NCBI RefSeq assembly: GCF_006345805.1
Contig: NC_043009.1
Span: 67,766,001-67,830,000, forward strand
DNA from: Octopus sinensis
Lineage: Eukaryota
Length of the DNA: 64,000 bases
Direction of reading: 5' to 3'
In this document: positions 1 through 11,910 of the stretch, in pieces
Layout: every line of letters starts with the position of its first letter
Numbering within the stretch: position 1 is the stretch's first letter
Made by a program: the position numbers and the translations under genes
Notes under the pieces: generated by a model
The model's database searches: none
What the model saw: the letters and a program-made list of their open reading frames with translations, nothing else
What the model was told of the DNA's origin: nothing

Positions 1-634
1 ACAAGCAACAGCAAAAGATAGATTACTAGTAAAATTATTAGACATGGCTCAGAGTTTTAAATAGAATAACTTCAAGATGGTGTTTCTTAAACATCAAAGG
101 TTTCAAAATATGCTCAACGGTGCATTTGGCTGAACTCGATCAGAGTTACAATAACGTTTAAGTGAATACAGTCGTTGTGTACTACTCAAGGTCTACCTAA
201 CACGTTATTTTCCGCATTATTTCCCTCCTTAAAACAGTTTATATTCTTAGAAAGGTGTTTTCTGGTTAATGCCTTGTGTTAGACATTGATATTTAGCTTG
301 AAGAGAAAAAAAAATTATAATTATGATAGTCATCATCATTATCACCATCGTCATCACCGTCGTTGCTGGTTTACCGACCACTTTTCCATACTTGTGTGGG
401 TTTTACGGAATTTGTTGAGCTAGATTTCTTATCGCTGGATGCCCTTACTGTCGCCAACCCTCCCTTGTTTCCAAGGAAAATATTTCCAAACGGCCAAAAA
501 AGGTTTAACGAAATACTAAAAGCAAAGCACATCGGTTGCATCAATGTGACACGCGTTTATATCCATCCCACGACGTGAAGACAAGGAGGCAAGACACGCA
601 CGCACGCGCACGCACACACACACACCACACACAC

Positions 635-676
<42 letters not shown>

Positions 677-714
677 TATATATCATGCATATTCGTACAT
701 GTATGTATATACAT

Positions 715-870
715 ACGACGGGCTTTCACAGTTTCCATCTACCAGGTTCGCTCACCATACATTGGTCAGCCTGTAGGTATTGTAGAAGACCTTCGCCCGA
801 AGTGATGTGCAGTGGAACTGAACTCGGGACCACATTGTTGAGACGCCAAACTTCTTAATCACAGAACCAT
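715..870 (-). mobile_element. SINE family A, tRNA-like head/core fragment (diverged)
   Basis: Reverse-complement similarity to the head of the full-length copy at 30503-30903 (gtggaactgaactcggga...cttcttaatcacag). Other head fragments lie at about 3750-3900(+), 21860-22000(-), 41448-41605(-), 46795-46935(-), 51615-51740 (rearranged) and 58605-58740(+). Confidence 0.75.
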
Positions 871-896
871 GACTGTATAATAATGATAACAAATAA

Positions 897-1060
897 TCCT
901 TTCCGCTAATCGATGAAATATTGTAGCGAGGAGCAAAGTCGATCGCATCGACTCCTGTACTCAGTTGGTTGTTAATTTCATCGACCCCCTAAAGGGGAAA
1001 AGATAATGTCGACCTCAACAGAATTTGAACTCAGAATGTAAAGAGGAACGAAATGCCCAT
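897..1060 (-). mobile_element. SINE family B, diverged copy
   Basis: Contains gtcgacctcaacagaatttgaactcagaatgtaaag, the reverse complement of the family B core (gttctgagttcaaattccgccgaggtcgac). Confidence 0.75.
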
Positions 1061-1085
1061 ATGCCTTATTAACAACAACTACTAC

Positions 1086-1172
1086 AGCAAGAAGAAGGAG
1101 GAAGAGGAGAAGAAGAAGAAAAAGAAGAAGAAGGAGGAGGAGGAGGAGGAGGAGGAGGAGGAGAAGAAGAAG

Positions 1173-1202
<30 letters not shown>
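1086..1202. repeat. Compound (AAG)n/(GAG)n trinucleotide microsatellite
   Basis: Directly visible; it explains the poly-K/poly-E ORF 1053-1343. Confidence 0.95.
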
Positions 1203-1203
<1 letters not shown>

Positions 1204-1749
1204 TTTGCATAGAATCTGAAATTAGCGAAATATCTTGGGAAATCTCAGACAAAAAGAATTCCAGTGAAAGACTCAAAAAATTGTTTGTATATCTGGTATT
1301 AACAAATAGCATTCATTATTTATTTATCAATGAGCTAAACTAATTAGAGAATGGAACTTGTGAGATTCCAGAGTGGCGAAGATGTTCGGATTTCAGGGAG
1401 GGTGTAGGGGTGAGGCATGTATTTGGATATTAGTGTGTGGTGGGGGTGTTGGATCGTGTTGGAAGGGGTTGGCTGGATGTTAACTCTTCTGCTGCCATCG
1501 ATAGGTTTTTTTTTATATACATTTTCCCCATTTGTTTGGCCGCACATAATTATGACTATGAATTATATATGCGTGTGTGTCTGAGTGTGGTGTGGTGTGT
1601 GTGTGTGTGTGTGTATTGATGCATGCATGTATTTATGTATGTGTGTGTGTGTGTGTGTGTTCTCTTTCTCTCTTTAGTTTAGAGTAAATTTGATCGGCCA
1701 CCAACTTGGTAGCAAGGTTGGGAAGAAAAATATCTTGTTTTGTTCATAA

Positions 1750-2659
1750 CCCTTTAATCTTCAGAAGGTCTTGCAGATTTTTATAGCCCCAGGCATCGGG
1801 GTCATTTGAAGCGTTTAGTAACAGAGTGTCGTAAGCGCCACGCCGGCCATTTTTCGAGTTAGTATATCCTTTTCTTTATCTCGACGTCTAGAATCCGAAA
1901 AAGTTGGGAGAAAGAACCGATGAGACTTGCAATGAGGTCGAAAATCCGACTGAAAAAAATTGTACCTCGATGCTATTGACACGACGCTCGCTCAACCAAA
2001 CTCGGACCAGAAAGTTTAGTAACACACCATCGGAAGCAAACACGCTCAGTCAATAACTTTGGTGTGGTCCCTGTATCGTTTTTCGAGGTGTTATGGCTCA
2101 TTTTTTAATATTCCTCGTTACCATCGTAACGATAATGGGCTATTATCTTACTATATTGTCTTACATACCTCTTAAAGATACTTACCTTGGTAAATTAAAA
2201 CCCAAACAATACCTTCGGTCGGATCTCTGCATGTTTTTTCTAGGTATTGTGACTAGAATATTCAATGCAATACACCGTTTCGTAGTACCGGTATCGTCTA
2301 CAAAATGAGAAAGACGCAGTCATTGTTTCATCTTTCAGATGCCTACATAAATAAATAATTTTGCATATGTGAAATGATTAGCGGAGGTTTTCACGGCCAT
2401 TTTAAGACCAAAATCAGCTTCCTAGCTTTATTCCTTGCCGAGATATCGCATTCTGAAAGACACGGTACTTTGACTGCGTTTTTCTCGGTTTTTAAGTTGC
2501 GGCGCTTACAACGGTCTGTTACTATTTGCTTCATTTGTAGCGAATAAATTAAGAATTTGCGTTCTCTCCCCCAAGAACTCAAGTTCGGCCATACTTTGTT
2601 CCAGATTCGTTGGTATGTATTCTGTTGCTCCAATAATAATGGGTACGAGACTGAAAGGG
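1750..2659. mobile_element. Possible non-autonomous piggyBac-like DNA transposon
   Basis: Termini CCCTTT (1750-1755) and AAAGGG (2654-2659) with short imperfect inverted similarity. Flanks are ATAA/TATC rather than a perfect TTAA. No transposase ORF. Confidence 0.35.
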
Positions 2660-2746
2660 TATCTCGAGGACTGGATTTGCAGACTTTTCTCTTCTCATTC
2701 ATCCTTTTCTTTCACGCGTTCTCTTTCTCCTGTATATATTTACATC

Positions 2747-2945
2747 TATTTAAAGCAGCAGAAAATTCAACAAAACCTGTTACTCTGAGTTTCCCGTTGC
2801 CGTTCATCGAATATGAACGGCAACGGGAAACTAAGAGTAACAGGTTTTGTTGAATTTTCTGCTGCTTTAAATAAAGCATATTACTCTACCACTGGTATTT
2901 GAGTACTCTTGTTTCACATTTATGTGTTTACTCCGGTGTATATTT
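2747..2945. mobile_element. Penelope-like element remnant (family D) with 61-bp inverted duplication
   Basis: Arms 2747-2807 and 2813-2873 differ by one mismatch (loop CGAAT). The right arm continues into sequence homologous to 51455-51600 (ataaagcatattactctac...tttgagtactc). Confidence 0.65.
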
Positions 2946-3153
2946 ATATCTATGTTGATGTGTGTGTATGTTGAGTGCGAACACATATACACTCGTTCAG
3001 ATAGGTAGGTATATGTTTGTGTGTATGTGTGTGTGTTTGTGTGAAGGCATATTCAATTGAGAAAGTAATGAATGAATTTACCCCGTTAATTATGAGTAAC
3101 AATTGTTTCACTGCTACTCCATTCCTAAAGACGAAATATATAGAGATAAGTGT

Positions 3154-3178
3154 GATAGAGAGACAGATGGATAGATAA

Positions 3179-3223
<45 letters not shown>

Positions 3224-3231
3224 TAGGTAGG

Positions 3232-3278
<47 letters not shown>

Positions 3279-3279
3279 G

Positions 3280-3376
<97 letters not shown>

Positions 3377-3385
3377 TTGATAGAT
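3154..3385. repeat. (AGAC)n-(AGAT)n tetranucleotide microsatellite
   Basis: Directly visible; similar arrays at about 8330-8420, 12815-12900, 22675-22775, 41375-41450 and 58895-59184. Confidence 0.95.
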
Positions 3386-4041
3386 ATGAGTTTATAGATT
3401 TTTATTAAAATTATGTCGTCTGCGACACATAATGAATACCCCTTTCTTCAACATTAAACGTGCATATGTGTATGTATGCGCGTATCTATGTACGAATATT
3501 ATTCATAGAGATTTTTCCTGATCTTTTGCAAATAAGAGACTAATATTATTATTTGTTGTTGTTGTTGCTGCTGCTGCTGCTGTTGTGGTAGTAGTAGTAA
3601 TATCAACAACTGATTTGCATTTATATACTTCAATTCTAATCGCTTTTATTAATACAATATTGAATTTTGATTCTAAATTCATTTATTTGTTGAAATTTGT
3701 ATTAGTTTCTGAAAACCATATTCTAAAAGAAAAAATATTATTACCATGTATATGTGGCTGTGTGCTTCCCAAATACATGGTCCCGGGTTCAGTCCCACTG
3801 AGTGGCACCTTGGAAGATTACCTTCTAGTATATATAGCCTCGACCGACCAAAACCTTCTAAGTGGATGTGGTAGACAGAAACTGAATAAAAAGCCCATCG
3901 TGTGTGTGTGTGTGTGTGGTGTGTGTATGTGTGTGTGTGTATGTGTGTGCGCGCGCATGTGTGTGTGTGTGTGTGTGTGTGTTTATAAATTCGGTTCAAG
4001 GAAATACTGGTTCATTCATGAAAATACTGGTTCAATACCTG

Positions 4042-4247
4042 TTAGGTTGGTGCATAATTATTCCGGCTTTTTTTTTCAATAAATTTTATTCAACAAAAAA
4101 TTTAAACGAAACGCCAAGCAGAAATTGAAGTCGGTGGTGAATATGCTCCGGAATAATCATCTCAAGAGGATTTTGTTAAATGTTGATGTTGTTTTTGTTG
4201 AATAAAACTTATTGAAAAAAAGCCGCAATAATTATGCACCACCCTAA
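4042..4247 (+). mobile_element. Mariner-derived MITE (copy 1)
   Basis: TIRs TTAGGTTGGTGCATAATTATT.CGGCTTTTT / AAAAAGCCGCAATAATTATGCACCACCCTAA, TA on the right flank. Internal codons EIEVGGEYAPE* resemble a mariner transposase C-terminus. Confidence 0.85.
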
Positions 4248-4513
4248 TAATATTTTGGAGTAATTCATTTCCTTAAAATAATAGGTATATATAAAAGCAT
4301 ATAGTTTATATTCCTATAATGTTTCTTAAATGGAAATTGGGAAGTTAATAATTGTTTATTAGTAATAACGAATTAATCATCTTCACCTACAGCTGTTTCA
4401 GTTAATATTCAGTAAATATTAAACGTATATTTATATGACCTGAGCATAATATCTTCAGAGGGGAAAAATATACCCTTGGATGTTTTATAAGTATTTATGA
4501 ATTCATTATAGCA

Positions 4514-4551
<38 letters not shown>

Positions 4552-4555
<4 letters not shown>

Positions 4556-4760
4556 ATCCAAACAAGAAAGCACAAAAAAACACAACAACGCGACGACGTG
4601 GAACAAATATAGTATAATAATACTCAGGAAAGAAGGAAAGAAGGAGGGTTTAACGTTTCGAGCGGAGCTTTTCGTCGGAAACATAGGAGAAGGAAAGATC
4701 CAGAGAAGGGAAGACAGAGGAAAAAAAATCGCCAACGGTACACACGAGGTCACATTTTGA
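4552..4760 (-). mobile_element. Penelope-like short element, family A (copy 1)
   Basis: About 200-bp unit shared with 23528-23733, 23805-24012, 26331-26510, 40464-40660 and 58198-58401. Carries a hammerhead-like core (here CCGACGA-A-AAGC-UCC-GCUC-GAAAC-GUU) and abuts (AT)n. Confidence 0.75.
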
Positions 4761-4959
4761 AAGACCGGAAGGAAAAGGGTGAAGAAAGATGTTTTCAAAG
4801 ACAGGAGAGTAGTATTGTCAAAGATAGGAGAATGGTAGAGGGGGAATGTGTGTGTAAGTGTGGATATGTACGTGCGCGAAGGTCTGCGTGTGTGTGTGTA
4901 TGTTTGCAATGATGACACGTGTGTGTGTGTGTGTGTGTATGTATGTGTGTGTATACGTT

Positions 4960-5180
4960 TGTCTGTCTGTGTTTGTTCCTCCCCCAACATCGCTTGACAA
5001 CCGATGCCAGTATGTTTACTTCCCCGTAACTTAGCGGTTCGGCAAAAGAGAGCGATAGAATAAGTACTAGGCTTACAAAGAATAAATCCTGGGGTCGATT
5101 TACTCGACTAAAGGCGGTGCTCTAGCATGGCCACAGTCAAATGATTGAAACAAGTAAAAGAGAAAAAGAGTAAAAGAGTG
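4960..5180 (+). mobile_element. SINE family A, 3' tail
   Basis: catcgcttgacaaccgatg...ttagcggttcggcaaaagag...ggcggtgctctagcatggccacagtcaaatg...gtaaaagag matches the tails at 30503-30700(-) and 49080-49260(+). More tails at 39705-39870(-) and 57160-57385(-). Confidence 0.85.
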
Positions 5181-5181
5181 T

Positions 5182-5236
<55 letters not shown>

Positions 5237-5381
5237 TATTATATATATAATATATATATACACGCACACACACACACACACACGTATTTCGTGTGTGTGT
5301 GTGAGAAAGAGAGAGAGAGAGAGAGATTTATCGGTGTTTGTCGTCCCATCACTGCTATGGAACCAGTGTTAATTTTATATA

Positions 5382-5486
<105 letters not shown>

Positions 5487-5825
5487 CAAATATACACAAT
5501 AGAACCTTGCAGTACGAGTGCACCATCGTACGAGTAATTTGCTGCTATATGTTGCGTTTCTATATGAGCCTAGAGTTCAACAGCGGCTGACGAAGTTAGT
5601 AGACACACAAGAAGATGTCCCGAGAGGCAACACTTGATAAACGTGCAAATCTTCCCTATACATTATATTTTAGGTCCCTTCTTCCTGTCTGCTTCATTTG
5701 TTTAGGCATAAATTTATAGCACCGACTACTTGCTGACTCATTGTGCTCTGACAGTGATTAAATTTTACGCTTAAACATACTGCCACGTTCTTATGCATCT
5801 GCCATACATATACAGATATATACAT

Positions 5826-5876
<51 letters not shown>

Positions 5877-5912
5877 CATATATATACATATATACATACA
5901 TACATACATACA

Positions 5913-5948
<36 letters not shown>

Positions 5949-6051
5949 TATAAACACACATATGTATACACACATACATACACGCAAACACATTCGCTGA
6001 AACAGACTAGTATCCAAAATACATATACACATACTCCTAAACACATATGAA

Positions 6052-6083
<32 letters not shown>

Positions 6084-6350
6084 TGCGTGTTTGTGTGTGT
6101 GCGTGTGGGTGTGCGTGTGTGTGTGTGTGTGTGTGTTTACATAGAAATGGTCTCAGGAAATGAAATAATGAGAGGAACCGTTTCGTTATAATCTACTGAA
6201 CTAGAATATTAAGTGAAACGCTACATTACGGCAATACATTCCATTATCGATCTGCAATAAATATTTGTCTATCTATTTTCATTATCGTTCGTTTTGCTTT
6301 ATGGCACACTCTGCATGTGATAAAACCAGGAAATTCTAAGTTTACCAGTA

Positions 6351-6355
<5 letters not shown>

Positions 6356-6425
<70 letters not shown>

Positions 6426-6505
6426 TAGTAGTAGTAGCGGCGACGATAGATGCGGTGGTGGTGGTGGTCGTCGTCGTCGTCGTTGTAATCGTGGTGGCAG
6501 CACCG

Positions 6506-6537
<32 letters not shown>
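6356..6537. repeat. Compound in-register trinucleotide repeat (AGT/AGC/GGT/CGT)
   Basis: Directly visible; it explains the poly-V and poly-Y ORFs. Similar compound tracts at 20400-20510, 25953-26033 and 48170-48250. Confidence 0.95.
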
Positions 6538-7200
6538 CCATGGTTGTTGTACTGTTGTACATTTTTAAAAAACTTTTTGTAGTAGTTTTCTCAAACCAAC
6601 CCACAGCACTCGGTACGAACATCTCACCGAATGGATGTACATCTAAATAGAGCATCCAGTCTTATGACGCATGCGCATAGTTAGCCATTTCAGTTTATGG
6701 AGAGAACTCCTCGATAGAGAGGAGATGAGCTGGAGAACTTGGCCATCTGAATCTATTTTCTTTTACGGTGTTCGTTAAATCTTTTTGACAGTCAGGAGCT
6801 TTGTCTACGGTTAGTTCCATCTGCGGTTAGTTCCCTATCACATTGCTCAACCCTATCACTTCTAGTAGTCCCAACAGACTACCAGTACCCGACCAGCAGC
6901 AGAGTCTTCCCAGTAAGCCTCAGACTGATGGTCATGGCCAGAAACACCGTGACAAGCTTTCTTCTCCCATATGATACCCATATATTTATCCTACGAAATA
7001 TTGTCTCTGATTCAGTTTGTTTTGTCAGCTTACTGTATTATATAGACTTTTAATCTTCTTATATTAACGATGTGGATTTTATAGCCATCCTCTTTTTTAT
7101 GTAGTTATAATTATATATCATTTCACATTGAAGGCTTTTTAATATGTTTATTGACCGCTAACTCCACAAGATTCTTTTTATTCTCTCTCTGTTTATTTCA

Positions 7201-7345
7201 TCGTGTTCCTTTCTGTTGAAGAGCGTAGGCTCGAAACATAAAATACTTTCTCACCGAGCGTCAAACTATTACACCTGCTTGTTGTTTATACACATGTCTG
7301 CGTCTTTAGTTTTACTGCAAATTTCAACTTTCCCTTTATACACAT
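7201..7345 (+). mobile_element. Penelope-like short element, family C
   Basis: ctgttgaagagcgtaggctcgaaac...acacctgcttgttgtttatacac; a homologous copy lies on the minus strand at about 18440-18625. Ends in (AT)n. Confidence 0.6.
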
Positions 7346-7426
7346 AATATATATACATATATTTATATATATATATTATATATATATATATATATTATAT
7401 ATATATATATACATATATATACATAC

Positions 7427-7457
<31 letters not shown>

Positions 7458-7486
7458 CATACATACTACATACATACATACATACA

Positions 7487-7519
<33 letters not shown>

Positions 7520-7591
7520 GTATATATGTTTTCATATACATATGTACGCATGTATATATATGTGTGTGTGTGTATACATGTATTTTTTATG

Positions 7592-7932
7592 CTTTTACTT
7601 GTATTTGATTGTGGTCACGCTGAAGCACCACCTTTAGTCGAACAAATCGATCCCAGGACTTATTCTTTGTAAGCCTAGTACTTATTCCATCGGTCTCTTT
7701 TGCCGAACCGCTGGGTTACGGGCATGTAAACACACCAACATCGGTTGTCAAGCGATGGTGGTGGGGGACTAACACAGACGCACAAACGTATACAAGCATA
7801 TACATATTTATAGACGAGCTCCTTTCAGTTTCCGTCTACCAATTTCACTCACAAAGATTTGGTCGGCTCGAGACTAAAGTAGAAGACACTTGCCCAAGGT
7901 GCCACGCAGTGGTACCGAACCCGGAACCATGT
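7592..7932 (-). mobile_element. SINE family A, near full-length
   Basis: Tail, central AT-rich linker and core/head are colinear with 30503-30903; the extreme 5' end is truncated. Confidence 0.9.
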
Positions 7933-8330
7933 AGTATATACATATATGTATGCAGGTACGTATGTGTAAACATATATAATTTCAAATAAATATATAAATA
8001 CATTGCGTCTGAGCCTTTGGCTTGAGGAGAAAATGGGTGAGCCTCGCGACGGACCGCTTCACGATTAGTTTATCGATCATCAGAGATGACCAACGGAATA
8101 CGTCTTCTGTAATGGCCGATCTTCTACTAATCATAAAACAATCCGCCAGGAGGCTCCCCCGCCATTACTCTGTAAATGAATAGCACAGGATGGAATATAT
8201 TTATATTTCTATAATTAATTGATTTTTATAATTATATTTAAATGATTTCACAGCAAGGCTTTCACATATGTTTAGATTTAATCTGTACGTCTGAGTGATG
8301 CTGTGTTGGGCAAAAATACATAGTATTGTT

Positions 8331-8420
<90 letters not shown>

Positions 8421-9849
8421 TATAAATGCGTTCGTGTGAAGATGTGTGTGTGTGTGTCGCTTAAGAATTCATAAGTTAGACAAAAATAGACCCTCACATA
8501 TTTATCAGAAGAGTGAATATATTAACCAAGCTATGCTGTCTTGAGAAGTCACCATATTTGTTTCCGTATCGGCCATCCTTAAAAAGCACGTGTATTAAAT
8601 ACCCGCTCTGTTATCAGATGTGCAGATATTTAATATTCGGTGAATGTACGCACGTGTGCATGGATGGATGGATCTATATTTATACATACACACACACACG
8701 CACGCACACACACACGCACACACACACACACACACACATGCATACATTCACAGCTAAAGTGTCGTTTCTCTTCGCTTCATATGAATCCTTTAACTAAACA
8801 AATTTATTAAGTCTGTTTATTTCTTTTTAAAATTCTGTAATATAAGTTTTAGAAATCCTATTTCCTAATTCATTTATTTTTTCTAACGAATTTTCTAACT
8901 CGATATTACAAGCATAATTTGTCAACAACAAATCTCCATGTTCTCATAATCTTCATGTTCTTCACAATTCTTCTCGTTCTTCAGTTCTTTCACTTCATTT
9001 AATTCTTATTTTCGCTGTGTCTAATTATCGCCACAGAAGCTGTTGTGTTATTCACAAATTATTTCAGCTGCAAGTTCAGTTCTCAATATTAATCTTATTT
9101 AACAATACGATTTGTTTAAATTTTTTTCTTTCCTAAGCTTTGGTTTTATATTACACTTTCGAATTATTCTAGCGTATTCAATAATATATATGTTTTGCTT
9201 CAACTTTTTAAAATTTATTTATAATTGCCTGTTGCAATGCTCTTTGGGTTGGCTTTCGTTGTTTTCCTTACTATTCTAAGAGCGATCTTTCAACACTTCT
9301 TATTTAAACTTCACATACCGATTTTCCGCCATACAAGTTGACGCAGTACAGAGTGTAAAAAGGTAGGGACCACATTCACAATCGCCATTATTTTCGCAAA
9401 TCTTGCCGCATTTCACATAGAATTTTTGGTCTTCAGCGGTAAATTTCAGCCTGAAAATTTCAACTTGCAATGCCGGAAAACACAGTAAATGGTGAACGGG
9501 TATTCCTAAAGCCTGTCCGTCATTGGTCTTCTATTGGATGTTAGCCAGGTATATAACAGTAAACCGCATCAATTAAGTAAATTACTGATCCTTTGATAAA
9601 CTCCAGCCGTAGTTCTTTTCTCATCGATTAAATAAGTGCGTTTGATGCCTTAATCTCAGGTAAAAACGGGAACATACATAGAATTTCTTTGATAAACAGC
9701 CCTCTTTAGGATTACGGTGCAAATTATTATTACCAACACGTTTCATAGCAATTATGTCATTGTCATTTTTTTAAAGATGTCTATAAAAAAAATTGTCAAA
9801 TCATTTGGGGAAAATATTTTTCATGATGGAACTCGTTCATTATACATTA

Positions 9850-10246
9850 CTAGCAGTATCGCCCGGCGTTGCTCGGGTTTGTAAGGGAAATAACTATATA
9901 AGCATTTTTAGAGAGTTATAGCCAAAAGATAGCAAAAAATGCATTAAAAATGGAAAAATAATTATGGTAAATTTTTTTTAAATCGTTGACTCATCGTAGA
10001 CATTTTTAGAGAGTTACTTCCCTTATATGATAGCAAAAAAAATGCATTAAAATGGAAAAAAATTATGGTAAATTTTTTTTTAAATCGTAGACTCATCGTA
10101 GACGCGCGCTAACACCTAGAAGGGCTCGATATGAATCACGACTATAAGATACCCGGTTTTGGTGAAACTGCACCGCAAAATGTGGGAGTAGTTAGGAATC
10201 TAAATCGTAGGAGACAGACACACAACCTCTCTTTTATATATAAAGA
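9850..10246 (-). mobile_element. Complete non-autonomous Helitron (397 bp)
   Basis: On the minus strand it starts A|TC (10246-10245) and ends CTAG|T (9853-9850). A GC hairpin CCCGAGCAACGCCGGG sits 8 nt before CTAG, and there is an internal tandem duplication of about 100 bp. These are the canonical Helitron termini at an A|T target with no TSD. Confidence 0.85.
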
Positions 10247-10649
10247 TTTACATTATTTACACTTAACGGATATTTCTCCTCATCTTGTTTGTTGTTATCA
10301 CAACATAATTCCTCATCTCTTAAATATAAAACTGATTCGTTCATTATTCTTATACACATAATATTCATCTTTCTCTTAAAGGCTACGAACGATACTTTGT
10401 GCTGGGGTGTGTGTGACTTGATTGTACTTTAACGTGAATTTTATATAGATAAACATGCACGCACGAGCTCACACACATACATTCATATATGTATGTGTGT
10501 ATGCGTGCGTGTGTGTGCATATGTATATGTATATGTGTGTGTTTGTGTATGTATATCAGTATATATATGTGTGTGTGTATGTATATGTGTATATATATAT
10601 ATATATGTGTGTGTGTATGTATATGTGTATATATATATTATATATATAT

Positions 10650-10691
<42 letters not shown>

Positions 10692-11249
10692 TATATTATA
10701 TATATATATATATGTGTGTGTGTGTGGTGTGTGTGTGTGGTGTGTGTGTGTGTGTGTGTGCGCTTATATGTATGAATGTGTGTGTGTGTGCGCTTATATG
10801 TATGAATGTGTGTGTGTGTGCTTATATGTATGAATGTGTGTGTGTGTGTGAATGTTTTCTCTTCAAACGTCACATGTGTGCACATGGGCACCTAATCGCC
10901 CGGTTAATATGTAGACATGTATACGCATACACATTCGAACATCATATTTACATATATGTATGTGTTTGTACAGGTTTTTATGCATTGCACGCTTACTGAG
11001 ACAGATATATCTGTTTATAGAAACTTGCTTTCCATGCATGAACCTTACAGGCACATATGCACACATAGAGTTGCCCGGAACTGACTCGGTCGTTCACATG
11101 TATATGCCCTCAGTGCACATACAAATGCGCATTTGACACGCCTGCATGTACGTGCATACATTATATCTATGTCGCCATATTTAGCATGCTTCATTATACT
11201 TGCGCGCCTACCTGTATTAGTATTTTCCGTACTAATATAACATCTTTGG

Positions 11250-11465
11250 AAGGCGGCGAGCTGGCAGAACCATTAGCACGCCGGGCAAAATGCTTAGCGG
11301 AATTTCGTCTGTCTTTACGCACTGAGTTCGAATCCTGAAGAGGTTGACTTTGCCTTTCATCCTTTAAGGATCAATAAAGTAAGGACCAGTTGAGAACTGG
11401 GGTCAATGCAATCGACTTACCTCCTCCCCTAAAATGCTAACCTTGTGCCAAATTTTGAAACCGGT
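11250..11465 (+). mobile_element. SINE family B monomer
   Basis: ggcggcgagctggcagaac...ctgagttcgaatcc...ctttcatcctt...ggggtcaatgcaatcgac. Other monomers at about 16880-17070(+), 17085-17290(+), 43440-43575(-), 43604-43815(+), 49470-49650(+) and 50380-50560(+). Confidence 0.9.
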
Positions 11466-11519
11466 GTAATGTCGTTAGAACCTTTCATACAAGTACAGAG
11501 TCGTGCTTATAATTACTTC

Positions 11520-11900
11520 CTTTTTTTACTCTAGGCACAAGGCCCGAAGTTTTTAGGGAGGAGGCCAGTCGATAAGATCGACCCCAATACGCAACTGGTA
11601 CTTAATTTATCGACCCCCGAATGGATGAAAGGCAAAGTCGACCTCGGCGGAATTTGAACTCAGAACGTAAAGACAGACGTACCCACAAGGGGTTAAGCAC
11701 AGAGGAGACAAACAAGGATAGACAAACGGATTAAGTCGATTACATCGACCCCAGTGCGTAACTGGTAATTAATTTATCGACCCCGAAAGGATGAAAGGTA
11801 AAGTCGACCTCGGCGGAATTTGAACTCAGAACGTAACGGCAGACGAAATACGGCTACGCATTTCGCCCGGTGTGCTAGCGTTTCTGCCAGCTCGCCGCCT
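11520..11900 (-). mobile_element. SINE family B head-to-tail dimer with TSD
   Basis: Two core units (aatttgaactcagaacgtaa at about 11651 and 11817), flanked by TATAATTACTTC (11508-11519) and TATAATTACATC (11901-11912). Confidence 0.85.
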
Positions 11901-11910
11901 TATAATTACA

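Noticed and set aside
8030-8095. Minus-strand CUGAUGA-UCGAU-AAACUA-AUCGU-GAAGC-G-GUC, hammerhead-like
   Set aside because: U-U at the stem II base, GAAG instead of GAAA, and no stem I pairing; at best a decayed copy.
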